A stretch of 64,000 bases of DNA. Source: Oligoflexia bacterium. Lineage in GTDB: Bacteria > Bdellovibrionota > UBA1018 > CAIPTA01. The notes under the pieces were generated by a model. That model had not been told where the DNA came from. It saw only the letters and a program-made list of their open reading frames with translations, and ran no database searches. Every line of letters begins with the position of its first letter. Position 1 is the first letter of the stretch. Location: positions 12,038 to 76,037 of the forward strand of contig CAIPTA010000181.1 in the NCBI GenBank assembly GCA_903867855.1. The letters are read 5' to 3'. The position numbers and the translations under genes are program-made. This document shows positions 18,277 through 28,148 of the stretch, in pieces.

Positions 18277-20598
18277 CTACTGTGCCTTTGTTGTTTTGGA
18301 TATGATCGGACTCGTTTGACTATTCCCCAGCGAATCCGTGGCTACTACTTGGAAGTAGTAGGTGCTGTTAGCACTCAATCCATTCACGGTTACTACTTGC
18401 GTGTCGCTCGCAGTGCTTACTTGCACTGTTTGGAGAGACAAGCTTGTAGGGCTCGTTCCAACGGAGACTACTGCGGTAGAAAGTGCTCCGGGTGTTCGCC
18501 AGATGAGAGTGGCTGAGGTGGCTGTTGTTGTGCCATCGAAGCCAAGTATGGTCCATCCAGGAGTGGGATTGGTTCCTGTGCCCGTGCCAGTTCCTGTGCT
18601 GGTTGAAGTTGCTGTGGCAGTTTGAGTTGCTGTAGCAGTTTGAGTTGCCGTAGCAGTTTGCGTGGCTGTGGCCGTCGCGGTATCAGTCGCGGTCACGGTT
18701 TGTGTTGCTGTGGCTGTATCAGTAGCGCTTGCTGTCTGAGTCGCTGTAGCAGTCGCAGTTTGCGTTGCAGTAGCTGTCTGTGTAGCAGTCGCGGTCGCGG
18801 TTTGTGTTGCTGTGGCTGTATCAGTAGCGCTTGCTGTTTGAGTCGCTGTAGCAGTTTGCGTTACTGTGGCTGTCTGAGTCGCAGAAGCAGTTTGGGTAGC
18901 AGTAGCCGTCTGCGTAGCAGTTGCCGTTTGCGTTGCCGTAGCTGTCTGTGTGGCAGTCGCAGTTTGAGTTACTGTAGCTGTCTGTGTGGCAGTCGCAGTA
19001 GCAGTTGAAGTTACTGTTGCTGGTAAAGTGTCCACGTCGATCACTAGGCTATTTTTTTGCGTGCCAACTTGGTCACTTGCCGTAACCATGAAATAGTATT
19101 TGGATCCAGAGGCAAGATTCGAAACTGTGAGAGTGTGATTGGTGGCAAAGCTGGTTTCGTCGATTTCATTTGGAAAATTCACACCATCGATTCCCCATTT
19201 CAACTTGCCTTTGGTGGCAGCTTCTGGAGTTTGCCATACTAAGCTCACGCTGTTGAGTGCACCTTGTCCGGAGAATCCAACGATGTTCCAAACAACAGGG
19301 GCATTTGGTTGGCAATAGGTGATTGCGATTTTACTTGCGGCGCTCCCGGCATTCGCCAAGTGAACTATATCCGTGAGCGCAGTATAAGAATAAGGCTCGG
19401 TGCTTTGATCCACTTTTGCAGAGATGGAATTTGGATCGATCCAATTAGCGGGCCAAGAAAGCTTAAAGTCGTGGTTGATATTTACGCTATCAGAAATAGA
19501 GCTACCGATCTGTGCGAGACCCTTTGTATAGTCATCTTCAAAATTAAATAGCACGCCGCCAGTTTTCTGCACCATTTCGAAATATCCGTAGCCAAGGGAG
19601 GGATAGATGCAAGCAGCCTTCATGCTATTGTGAATGGCAAGATCCGCTTTTGTTACGTGAACGATGGCGTGGGTGGTTACAGGCATATCGCCTTTTAGGG
19701 CTTTTACAGCGGCAAATGTGGTATCGGTATTAATGCCAGTTTTATCATAGTAGTTCTTTTTTACATTCGATTCATAGGCCACATCGCAGCGAACAGGCAT
19801 GCCGAGCGCGTGCATCTCTGCATCGCTTGGGAAATAGGAGCCGATCTCGTTTTCGTCGCTCATAAATAAAATAGATAGAGCTGCATCAGGACGAAAAAAA
19901 CCTTTCGCTTGGTTTTCTTTCGCGTTTTTTGTAACTGCATAATAGAGGCTATAGAAGAGGGCCTCGCCGCTACCGTCATAATCGACGATCTTCATGCCGG
20001 ATTGAAAAATTTGCTGTAGGTCTTTTGCAATTTGCTGTGAGTTAAGTTTTTTATTGCTCAAGACATACGGAATATCTTTGGATGGTGAGTAGAGCACGCC
20101 GCGATGTGCGGAGTTTGCTTGGCCGAGCAGCACAGCATAGTTGATGTCTGAATCAGAGGGAAGCTCGCGCACCATGCTCTCAATATTGCTGGCAATGCGC
20201 TGCCAATTGGTTTCCATGCTACCCGAAGTATCCATCACAAAAAGAATATCTAGCTTGCGCGTGCAAGTGGCCGCATTTTGCTCAAAGTGATCCGTATTAC
20301 ATGTTGTGGGTGGCGAAGTGGGCTGCGGAGGATTTACGATCACCACGGGAGGCGATGGGGGCACTACAACGGGGGTGGGTATGTGTTCGATGGCCTTACA
20401 TTCCGCCACGATATTGGGATATTTTTTGAGGAGCTCGGCGCTGATTTTTCCTTTTTCATAGGCATCTTCCAGGCGATCACAGATCTCCCGATTGGGGTGA
20501 ACGGCGCAAGCGGCAAGAAGGCCTGATATAAGGAAAAATCCAGTAAATTTAATAAGATACCGGATTATTGTAGTGCTATTTGAATTTGTGCTACCCAT
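18277..20598 (-). CDS. lipoprotein with von Willebrand factor A domain, (TATATQ)n linker and fibronectin-III-like domains
   Basis: Lipobox ..ISGLLAAC. VWA MIDAS motif LDILFVMDTSGSME. About 140 aa of T-A-T-A-T-Q hexapeptide repeats. Flanking beta-rich segments (..LTVSNLASGSKYYFMV..; ..TVNGLSANSTYYFQVVATD..) are typical of FN3. Confidence 0.7.
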   Translation of the reverse strand: MGSTNSNSTTIIRYLIKFTGFFLISGLLAACAVHPNREICDRLEDAYEKGKISAELLKKYPNIVAECKAIEHIPTPVVVPPSPPVVIVNPPQPTSPPTTCNTDHFEQNAATCTRKLDILFVMDTSGSMETNWQRIASNIESMVRELPSDSDINYAVLLGQANSAHRGVLYSPSKDIPYVLSNKKLNSQQIAKDLQQIFQSGMKIVDYDGSGEALFYSLYYAVTKNAKENQAKGFFRPDAALSILFMSDENEIGSYFPSDAEMHALGMPVRCDVAYESNVKKNYYDKTGINTDTTFAAVKALKGDMPVTTHAIVHVTKADLAIHNSMKAACIYPSLGYGYFEMVQKTGGVLFNFEDDYTKGLAQIGSSISDSVNINHDFKLSWPANWIDPNSISAKVDQSTEPYSYTALTDIVHLANAGSAASKIAITYCQPNAPVVWNIVGFSGQGALNSVSLVWQTPEAATKGKLKWGIDGVNFPNEIDETSFATNHTLTVSNLASGSKYYFMVTASDQVGTQKNSLVIDVDTLPATVTSTATATATQTATVTQTATATQTATATQTATATQTATATQTASATQTATVTQTATATQTASATDTATATQTATATATQTATATQTATATATQTASATDTATATQTVTATDTATATATQTATATQTATATQTATATSTSTGTGTGTGTNPTPGWTILGFDGTTTATSATLIWRTPGALSTAVVSVGTSPTSLSLQTVQVSTASDTQVVTVNGLSANSTYYFQVVATDSLGNSQTSPIISKTTKAQ
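18575..19022. repeat. tandem 18-bp coding repeat (about 23 units) encoding (TATATQ)n in the VWA lipoprotein
   Basis: Near-identical 18-nt units (gcagtttgagttgctgta-like) run across about 450 bp. The opposite-strand Cys/Ser-rich ORFs (18622..19008 etc.) are artefacts of this repeat. Confidence 0.8.
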
Positions 20599-20842
20599 AT
20601 AAGCCGCTTTCTTAATAAAGTTTATATTTCTTAATATTTAGGATAAGCGAAAAACACGGAAGCGTCAAATGCTCCGGGCTTAATGATGTAAGTATTTGTT
20701 TTTATTTAATTTAAATTAGCTCTCCTTGGATTCTAAAGAGTTCATTTTAGGAGTTTGGCGGGGCTAAGACGAATAAAGAGCTTTCCATGTATGACGCTAT
20801 GCACTATAAGTGCCGAAACAAACATTTCGAAGGAGTTCTCTT

Positions 20843-21214
20843 ATGAAATACCTACTTATTCTATTGGCAACCATGGGCTTGAGCCACGTGGCTTTCGCTG
20901 AAGACTATCGCTGCGATCAGCCTGTGAGCAAAGATGGCGAACGCATTCAAGGTGGCCCAAGCTACGACGTTACGAGCGATGCGGATAATGGCGTGTTTCT
21001 CGTAATCAACCAAGGCGTGGTGCATGGCCCAAGCGTAGCCCCAACAGAACTGAAGATGAAGCATGTTGGACATTCCATCGATGGCCCGGAAATTTACCAC
21101 GCTGGAAATGTGACGGTTACATTTAATAATTTTTATTTAGGCGGCGTAGTGCGCACTAGCGTTACTCTTGACCTGAAACAAGGCGGCAGAGTCTTCGAAG
21201 CGGCTTGTAAATAA
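20843..21214 (+). CDS. small secreted hypothetical protein
   Basis: ATG at 20843 gives the signal peptide MKYLLILLATMGLSHVAFA. An AT-rich promoter region and GGAG RBS lie upstream. Confidence 0.4.
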   Translation: MKYLLILLATMGLSHVAFAEDYRCDQPVSKDGERIQGGPSYDVTSDADNGVFLVINQGVVHGPSVAPTELKMKHVGHSIDGPEIYHAGNVTVTFNNFYLGGVVRTSVTLDLKQGGRVFEAACK

Positions 21215-21275
21215 TTTCCGGATTTTGATTTTATAATGGCCTGTCTCCGCTCATGCTGTGGCAGGCGTTCTTTTT
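21215..21275. terminator. putative bidirectional terminator between convergent genes
   Basis: gcctg..(loop)..caggc stem followed by a T-run (gttcttttttt). The loop is long, so this is a weak call. Confidence 0.3.
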
Positions 21276-24221
21276 TTAAAGAAGAAGGCTGCGAATATCG
21301 TCTTTGGTGAGTTCTGCGGTATCGCCTGAGCCACTGAGGAGGGAACCCGCCAGCGCGCGTTTCTTCTTCTGCAATTGCAGGATTCGATCTTCCACTGTAT
21401 TGCGAGCCACTAGGCGGTGAATGAACACAGGATTCAGCTGTCCAATTCGGTGAGCGCGATCCGCTGCCTGATCCTCTGTGGCTGGGTTCCACCAAGGATC
21501 GAGAATGAATACGTGATCGGCCGCCGTAAGGGTAATTCCCACGCCGCCAGCCTTCAGCGAGATCAGCATCACCGGCGGACCATCATCTTTTTGGAAGGTG
21601 GAAACAATCGTCTCGCGATTTTTGCTGCTACCATCTAAGCGAATGAATTTGATACCTAGGGCGTTGAGGCGCGGCTCCACGAGATCAAGGAGAGATGTCC
21701 ACTGCGAGAATACGAGAGCCTTGTGATTATGGGAAAGCGATTCCTGTAAAATCTCCATAAACAATTCTAGTTTTGCAGAGCCGAAGTTCGCATCTAAGCC
21801 ACTGCCGGGCACCATACTGCCATGACAGCAGCTCTGTCGAAGGCGGAGTAGCATTTCAAGTGCGGCCATCACGGATCCAGAATCTAATTTTTCCAGCACT
21901 TCTTTGCGAGAGGCCGCGAGCACGCCATTGTAGAGAGATTGCTCTTGCTCATTGAGATCACAGTGGAGCACGATTTCTGTTCGCGCTGGTAATTCTGGCG
22001 CCACATCTTTTTTCAGGCGTCGTAAGATAAAGGGACGGATCTTCGTGCGGAGGCGCTCCAAGCGCCGCTCACTGCCACTGCGGATGGCTTCCCCATAGAG
22101 ACGATTAAATTCTTCACGGGTGCCTAGTAGGCCAGGATTCAGGAAATGGAACTGACTCCAAAGATCATCCAGATTATTTTCAATAGGTGTGCCGGAAAGT
22201 GCAATGCGGAAATTACCGCGCAGGCGGTGTGCGGCTTTCGCAATTTGGCTATCGGGATTTTTGATTGTCTGTGCTTCATCGAGAATCACAGTGTCCCAGG
22301 GCATCTCGCAGAGTTTATCCTGCTCGATACGGTATACACCATAACTCGTTAACACCACATCTGCATCGATGGTGCGGGAGGCGCCATGGTAAATGGTATA
22401 TTTGAGTCCAGGTCGGAAATCAGAAATTTGATCGGCCCAGGATTGCAGCACGCTGGTAGGGCAGATCACTAGCGTTTTCCCATCAAGGCAGGCGATAGAT
22501 TGAAGCGTTTTCCCAAGACCCATATCATCGGCGAGCAAAGCACCCATGCCGAGTTTGCGCAAAAAACAGAGCCAATCTACACCGCGCTTTTGGTAGAGAC
22601 GAAGATCCGCTTTCAAATCTTTTGGCAGGGGCACATGGGGTATACGCTCCAGCTTCATAAGACTATCGCGCAAGTCTTTCAATTTTTCAGAGATAGCTTG
22701 GCCGCTGTCTTCGCAGAGGCTGGCCGCTTCAGGAAGTAAATAGTTAGGAAGTTTTTCTGTGGCTTTTCTCGCATTGAGCAGTGCCTCAGCGCGATCCGCA
22801 TATTTTAAGAGCCAGTCTTGCGGTAGGGATCCCCAGCCACCGTTGGCGAGTGGCACGAAGCTGCGATTATTTTTCCAAGCAGCTAGCACATCCACAGAGT
22901 TGGCGGAGGCACGTCCACCGTTGGCGGTGAAGCCGAGATTAAACTCTCCTTCGCCCACTTCCATATTGGGAATGAGCTCACCTTCCACGCGAAAGGAGTT
23001 GAGGCCATTGCCGGTAGTTTCCCAGCTATTTAATTTCGACACAAAGAGTAGAGCAGATTCGCCCTCGTAATGACTCTGGCGACCCACCTGCAATTGCAAT
23101 TCACTGTGGAGGCGCTTTACGAGACGCTCTTCTTCCACGAGATCACGCTCAGGAATTTCCATACTCTCCACGATCATTTCCGAACCACGCACTTCCGCGA
23201 TCGGTGGATTTCCATAAAACATCTGTGGATACACAGAGAGCCGATCTTGGGTTTCCGCTTGGAGGTGCAAAACCAAGCGAGGCGGAAATTTTTTGAGGCG
23301 CGGGGCTTTTTGCGTTTCGATGCGCACTACCATTTTCGCCTCAAGGCCAGGGAGAATGGTTGAGGCGAAACGCTGGATATCTTTGGCGGGGATATGGCCA
23401 AAGGCTTCACGCTCTTTGGTGCTGAAGGCAGGCTCGCGCACGGCCTTGAGCGTATTTCCGCAGAGTACGGCGCCATTTTTGAAAGCGTAGCCAACGTTGG
23501 AATCGTTTACGAGCTCAAACTTGAAGCCACCCTTATCATCGATGAGTCTGGCCTGCGGGCTCACTGTTTGCGCAGAAATCTCTACCGGCTTTTCTTCGAA
23601 AGTGACTGCAGGGTGACCCTTAATGGCAGCGAGCAAACGGGTGAGGGTATAGCGATCGAGTGGATTGGAATGAGAGCCGCCGAGCACATGATCGATGGCA
23701 TAGTCTTCTTTCGTGGCGATGGGGGCTTGGCCCGTGATCCGTCCTGATTGAATGCCGCCAATATAGGCGACTAAACTCTGGTTGAGTTTCACCTCTTTCG
23801 TGCCGCTCACAAGATAGCGATCAAAATTTAAATAGCCGCTCTGGCGATAGAAGCGATAGTCGATGCGCGGCGGGCCTGAAGGCGCAGCGGTGGTGGCCTT
23901 CTTACTCGTTTTGGTTTTGCCCACTAAGGCTTCTTGCTTGGTGAGGCCATTTTTGAAGGCCGTAGCGGCAGCCACAGCGTGCACACAGGGGTCGTTACGA
24001 TCGCCACAGTCGCAGTGCCAATCCATTTCCGTGGGCCAGAGAGTAACTTTAGGGCTCACAGCTTGATTCGGACGGTTAATCTTTAGTAAAATTTCTTCCG
24101 GGCTACGCGAACTTTCAAAAACAATTCCATCTTTCGCCAGGGCGATACCCTTTGTCCACACATTGGGGAGCGCCGCTTCTTGTAGGGCTGCGTAGAGTTG
24201 TTGAATGTTGATAGGGTCCAT
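21276..24221 (-). CDS. SNF2-family helicase with N-terminal SWIM zinc finger
   Basis: SWIM motif WHCDCGDRNDPCVHAVAAA. SNF2 N-domain with DDMGLGKTLQSIA, DEAQTIKNP and a helicase-C block (..LISLKAGGVGITLTAADHVFILDPWWNPATEDQAADRAHRIGQ). Confidence 0.85.
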   Translation of the reverse strand: MDPINIQQLYAALQEAALPNVWTKGIALAKDGIVFESSRSPEEILLKINRPNQAVSPKVTLWPTEMDWHCDCGDRNDPCVHAVAAATAFKNGLTKQEALVGKTKTSKKATTAAPSGPPRIDYRFYRQSGYLNFDRYLVSGTKEVKLNQSLVAYIGGIQSGRITGQAPIATKEDYAIDHVLGGSHSNPLDRYTLTRLLAAIKGHPAVTFEEKPVEISAQTVSPQARLIDDKGGFKFELVNDSNVGYAFKNGAVLCGNTLKAVREPAFSTKEREAFGHIPAKDIQRFASTILPGLEAKMVVRIETQKAPRLKKFPPRLVLHLQAETQDRLSVYPQMFYGNPPIAEVRGSEMIVESMEIPERDLVEEERLVKRLHSELQLQVGRQSHYEGESALLFVSKLNSWETTGNGLNSFRVEGELIPNMEVGEGEFNLGFTANGGRASANSVDVLAAWKNNRSFVPLANGGWGSLPQDWLLKYADRAEALLNARKATEKLPNYLLPEAASLCEDSGQAISEKLKDLRDSLMKLERIPHVPLPKDLKADLRLYQKRGVDWLCFLRKLGMGALLADDMGLGKTLQSIACLDGKTLVICPTSVLQSWADQISDFRPGLKYTIYHGASRTIDADVVLTSYGVYRIEQDKLCEMPWDTVILDEAQTIKNPDSQIAKAAHRLRGNFRIALSGTPIENNLDDLWSQFHFLNPGLLGTREEFNRLYGEAIRSGSERRLERLRTKIRPFILRRLKKDVAPELPARTEIVLHCDLNEQEQSLYNGVLAASRKEVLEKLDSGSVMAALEMLLRLRQSCCHGSMVPGSGLDANFGSAKLELFMEILQESLSHNHKALVFSQWTSLLDLVEPRLNALGIKFIRLDGSSKNRETIVSTFQKDDGPPVMLISLKAGGVGITLTAADHVFILDPWWNPATEDQAADRAHRIGQLNPVFIHRLVARNTVEDRILQLQKKKRALAGSLLSGSGDTAELTKDDIRSLLL

Positions 24222-24752
24222 AAAGAGTGAAGACTATAGCACGTTCTCAGCATAGGAAAAGCGAGAAGCTGATAGAAGTAAAAAAAAGCGAATGATGGTT
24301 TTGGCCTCGGATACGAATAATCTATGATTTCAGTAGTTTAAGTTTTTTGAGAATTTTTGGCTCGGGAGGATTTTTTATGGGGCCGGCTAGCGGCTTCTGG
24401 GGTGAGGGCAAATTTGGCAGTTGTGATTATTGACCATCCTCAGAAACCCTAAAAGATTTTCGGTGACTCCCATTCTTATACTTTCGTTCACAAAATATTC
24501 TGGATTTGGCTAATTCCTCCTCTTAGTCGACATTCGACTTAATGAATAAGCTCAGCGGCAAAGAGAACACAGCAGAGGTCGTCAAATTTTTTTGAAATAG
24601 CCTCTCAACGAGAGCGTCTGATGTTACGCGCTTTCCTAATACCAAACTACTTGTAGCTGTGGCGAAATTACCGAAGGTAGGCTCGGTAAATTTTGAGTAT
24701 ATGTCGCGACGAGGCTCTTGGTATGGTGATTTTCTATACCTTCGTTCACTAG

Positions 24753-25298
24753 TTGTGGTATCAAGAATTTATGAAACAGGGTGATTTTTTTCCTATCCAA
24801 CAAAAAGCCTATGGTGGTGAGCTACTGAAAACTCGTCGTGGTCGCATGCATGGGCGCACTCTTTCTACGAAACATTCAATGCACCTTGTGCTCCGCTCTA
24901 CTCGGGCTAAAGGGGCGCTTTCTTTTTTAAGACATCGGATCACAATTGATCGTATTTTGACTAAATTTGCGGCAAAAAATGGAGTAAGGATTTTGTCTCT
25001 GGCCAACGTAGGGAATCACCTGCACCTGGAGATACGGCTCTCTACGCGGCATACTTATCGCGCCTTCATTCGAGCGATCACGGCGGCTATCGCCATGGCG
25101 GTGCAAGGGAAGAATCGCTGGAATAAGATTCAAGAGAAATTTTGGGACTATCGCCCCTTTACCCGCATCGTAGTGGGCTATCGAGCGCTGCTCTCGTTAA
25201 AAGACTATATCGAGATCAATCAGCTAGAGGGACTTGGCGTAGCACGGTCGAAGTCTCGTCTAGCTTTGGGCTGGCGAGTAGTGAGACCGCCAGGGTGA
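24753..25298 (+). mobile_element. RAYT / IS200-like HUH (Y1) tyrosine-transposase gene, apparently solitary
   Basis: HUH motif NHLHLEIRL and a C-terminal KFWDYRPF...DYIEINQL block matching the RFWE...DYIYINP catalytic-Tyr helix of REP-associated tyrosine transposases. A 530-bp non-coding region lies upstream. Confidence 0.55.
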
Positions 25299-25299
25299 T

Positions 25300-28008
25300 C
25301 TAAACCACGAAGTTGACTAACTTCCCGTTCACATAGATTTGCTTACGAATAGTTTTGCCAGCTAACTGTGCTTGCACTGCTTCTCTAGCCATCGCAATCG
25401 CAAACACTTCCGCTTCCGAGCTTCCCACAGGAGCTTCGAACTGATCCCGGAGTTTTCCATTCACTTGCACCACAATTTTCATGGCATTTGCCACCAAGAA
25501 CTGTGGGTTCGCTGCAGGCCATGGCGCGAGGGTTACACTCGTGGTGTGACCAAGCTTGGCCCATAGTTCTTCCGCAAAGTGGGGAGCGAAGGGAGCGAGA
25601 AGCACGGCGAAAGTTTCAAACACTTCTTTTGTCTGCGCCTTGCCGGAAAGCTCATTCACGCAAATCATGAATTGGGAGACGGCCGTATTAAAACTTAGGT
25701 TTTGAATATCCTTTGTTACTTTATCAATCGTTTGATGGAGCACGCGCATGGCTTCTTCGGAAACTGGAGTGGTGGAGAGGGAGAGAGTTTCGCTCTCGTC
25801 ATTACCGTGAGTCCAGCGCCAGGCTTTTTGCAAGAAACGATAGACGCCTTCGATGCCGCTCATATTCCAGGGCTTGAACTGCTCCAAGGGGCCAAGGAAC
25901 ATTTCAAAAAGTCTCAAGGTGTCTGCGCCGTAGCGAGCGACAACCTGATCAGGATTGATCACATTATAAAAGCTCTTGCTCATCTTCTCTGCGGCCGAGC
26001 CGCAGCGATAGCGATCGTCTTCCAAGATAAATTTGGCATTTTTATATTCCGGACGCCAATTGCGAAAGGCTTCTAAATTCAAGAAATCATTTTCCACGAA
26101 GCTCACATCCACGTGGAGTGCCTGGGTATCGTACTTATCGCGAAGACCATAGCTCACGAAAGTGTTCACATCGCTTTTGAGTCTATACACATAACTAGAT
26201 CTACCCTGGATCAAGCCTTGGTTCACCAGCTTCTTGAAGGGTTCTTCCACTGGTGCAAAGCCAATATCGAAAAGGAATTTACACCAGAAGCGGGAGTAGA
26301 TGAGGTGGCCCGTGGCGTGTTCTGCGCCGCCGATATAAAGATCCACATTCTGCCAGTAGTTCAGCGATTCTTTGCTCGCCAATTCTTTCGAATTTTTTGG
26401 ATCCATATAGCGGAAATAGTAGGCAGACGATCCTGCAAATCCGGGCATGGTGGAAAGTTCGAGAGGGTAACCATCTTTTGTTTGCCAATTTTTTGCGCGG
26501 CCGAGCGGCGGTTCCCCGGTTTCCGTGGGCAAATATTTATCCACTTCGGGAAGGGCCACAGGGAGCTCTTCTGTGGGCAACACTTTCGGTAAACCATCTT
26601 TATAGTAGACAGGGAAGGGTTCGCCCCAATAGCGCTGGCGCGAGAAGATTGCATCGCGCAACCGGTAATTTACTTTGCGAGTGCCCACGCCCAATTTTTC
26701 TAGTTCCTGTATAGCGCGAGTGATGGCGCTACTCGCTTGCAGGCCATTCATAAAATCAGAGTTGATCATCTTGCCGTCGGTCGCTTCGAAGGCTTCCTTC
26801 TCGATATTGCCGCCTTCTACTACGGGGAGAATGGGGAGAGAGAAGTGTTTTGCAAAAGCATAGTCCCGCGAGTCGTGAGCCGGCACAGCCATGATGGCGC
26901 CGGTGCCATAGCCGCCGAGCACATAATCGCCAATCCAAATCGGAATGGGTTTCTTGGTGAAAGGATGGATTGCATAGGAGCCAGTGAACACGCCGCTCAC
27001 GCGTTTCACATCGGCCAAACGATCTCGCTCCGTGCGTTTTTTGCATTCTTCGAGATAGGCATCTACGGCGGGTCTCTGGGCGCTACTTGCAAGCTTTAGG
27101 GACCAATCACTTTCCGGAGCGAGCACCATAAAGCTCACGCCGAAAATAGTATCGGGGCGCGTGGTGAAAATGCGCAAAGAATCAGTGGAATTTTGGATCG
27201 CGAAATCTACTTCGCCGCCCACGCTTTTGCCGATCCAGTTGCGCTGCATTTCTTTTACCGCTTCCGACCACTCTAACTTCTCTAAGCCTTGGAGCAATCG
27301 TTCCGCATAGGGCGAAATACGGAGCGACCATTGCTTCATGATTCTTTGCTCTACGGGATGGCCGCCGCGCACAGAGAGTCCATCTTTCACTTCATCATTC
27401 GCTAGCACGGTGCCGAGGGCTGCACACCAGTTCACAGGAAGATCAGCAAGGTAAGCGATGCGGTGATTTTGCAATTCGGCTTCACGAGCAGCAGGAGAAA
27501 GTTTCGTCCACTCCGGGTGCTGTTTCTCGAGATGAGAAATCGGCATGGCTTTGTCTAGTTTCACATCATAGTAGTGATCAAACATTTGGGCGAAGGCCCA
27601 CTGTGTCCACTTATAGTATTCCGGATCACAGGTGGAAACTTCACGGCTCCAGTCAAAAGAGAGGCCGATTTTATCGAGTTGCTCGCGATAGGTAGCGATA
27701 TTTTTTTTCGTGGTCGTAGCTGGATGCTGACCGGTTTGAATTGCGTATTGTTCGGCGGGGAGTCCGAAGGCATCCCAGCCCATAGGGTGCAGCACATTGA
27801 AACCCTGCGCGCGGCGGAAGCGGCAAATGATATCACTGGCAATATAGCCCAGGGGGTGACCCACGTGGAGACCCGCGCCCGATGGATAGGGGAACATATC
27901 GAGCACATAGTATTTCGGTTTCTTCGGATCGGTGCCGGTTTTGTACACCGCATTTTTCGCCCAATAGTTCTGCCACTTTTTTTCAATTGATTCGGGTTGG
28001 TATGCCAT
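25300..28008 (-). CDS. leuS: leucyl-tRNA synthetase
   Basis: MAYQPESIEKKWQNYW..YVLDMFPYPSGAGLHVGHPLGY (HIGH region) and KMSKS present. Full-length class-I LeuS architecture. Start taken at the ATG at 28008. Confidence 0.95.
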   Translation of the reverse strand: MAYQPESIEKKWQNYWAKNAVYKTGTDPKKPKYYVLDMFPYPSGAGLHVGHPLGYIASDIICRFRRAQGFNVLHPMGWDAFGLPAEQYAIQTGQHPATTTKKNIATYREQLDKIGLSFDWSREVSTCDPEYYKWTQWAFAQMFDHYYDVKLDKAMPISHLEKQHPEWTKLSPAAREAELQNHRIAYLADLPVNWCAALGTVLANDEVKDGLSVRGGHPVEQRIMKQWSLRISPYAERLLQGLEKLEWSEAVKEMQRNWIGKSVGGEVDFAIQNSTDSLRIFTTRPDTIFGVSFMVLAPESDWSLKLASSAQRPAVDAYLEECKKRTERDRLADVKRVSGVFTGSYAIHPFTKKPIPIWIGDYVLGGYGTGAIMAVPAHDSRDYAFAKHFSLPILPVVEGGNIEKEAFEATDGKMINSDFMNGLQASSAITRAIQELEKLGVGTRKVNYRLRDAIFSRQRYWGEPFPVYYKDGLPKVLPTEELPVALPEVDKYLPTETGEPPLGRAKNWQTKDGYPLELSTMPGFAGSSAYYFRYMDPKNSKELASKESLNYWQNVDLYIGGAEHATGHLIYSRFWCKFLFDIGFAPVEEPFKKLVNQGLIQGRSSYVYRLKSDVNTFVSYGLRDKYDTQALHVDVSFVENDFLNLEAFRNWRPEYKNAKFILEDDRYRCGSAAEKMSKSFYNVINPDQVVARYGADTLRLFEMFLGPLEQFKPWNMSGIEGVYRFLQKAWRWTHGNDESETLSLSTTPVSEEAMRVLHQTIDKVTKDIQNLSFNTAVSQFMICVNELSGKAQTKEVFETFAVLLAPFAPHFAEELWAKLGHTTSVTLAPWPAANPQFLVANAMKIVVQVNGKLRDQFEAPVGSSEAEVFAIAMAREAVQAQLAGKTIRKQIYVNGKLVNFVV

Positions 28009-28148
28009 AGACGAAAATCCTAGCATTTTTTTGGAAGCTTTTGGGGATTGTGCGCAGCGATATTTTATTTGTGCCGCCTTGTTTCTTGACAGATGCACTA
28101 CCTTTTCGTACCAATTCCTATCGCTTTATTAATTGTGAGAGGAATTTC

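Noticed and set aside
18622-19008. Cys/Ser/Arg-rich 128-aa ORF and neighbouring + strand ORFs (18362..18625, 18208..18516)
   Set aside because: They lie antisense to the (TATATQ)n tandem repeat of the VWA lipoprotein gene. An open frame on the opposite strand is an automatic consequence of the 18-bp repeat, not an independent gene.
24222-24752. Possible structured RNA gene (tmRNA, RNase P, SRP or 6S) in the 530-bp non-coding stretch
   Set aside because: None of the conserved signature blocks of these RNAs could be found by eye. It is retained only as a non-coding region with a 15-mer direct repeat.
25372-27990. Multiple 60-160-aa ORFs on the + strand
   Set aside because: All are embedded antisense in leuS. 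A conserved full-length LeuS on the minus strand explains the region.
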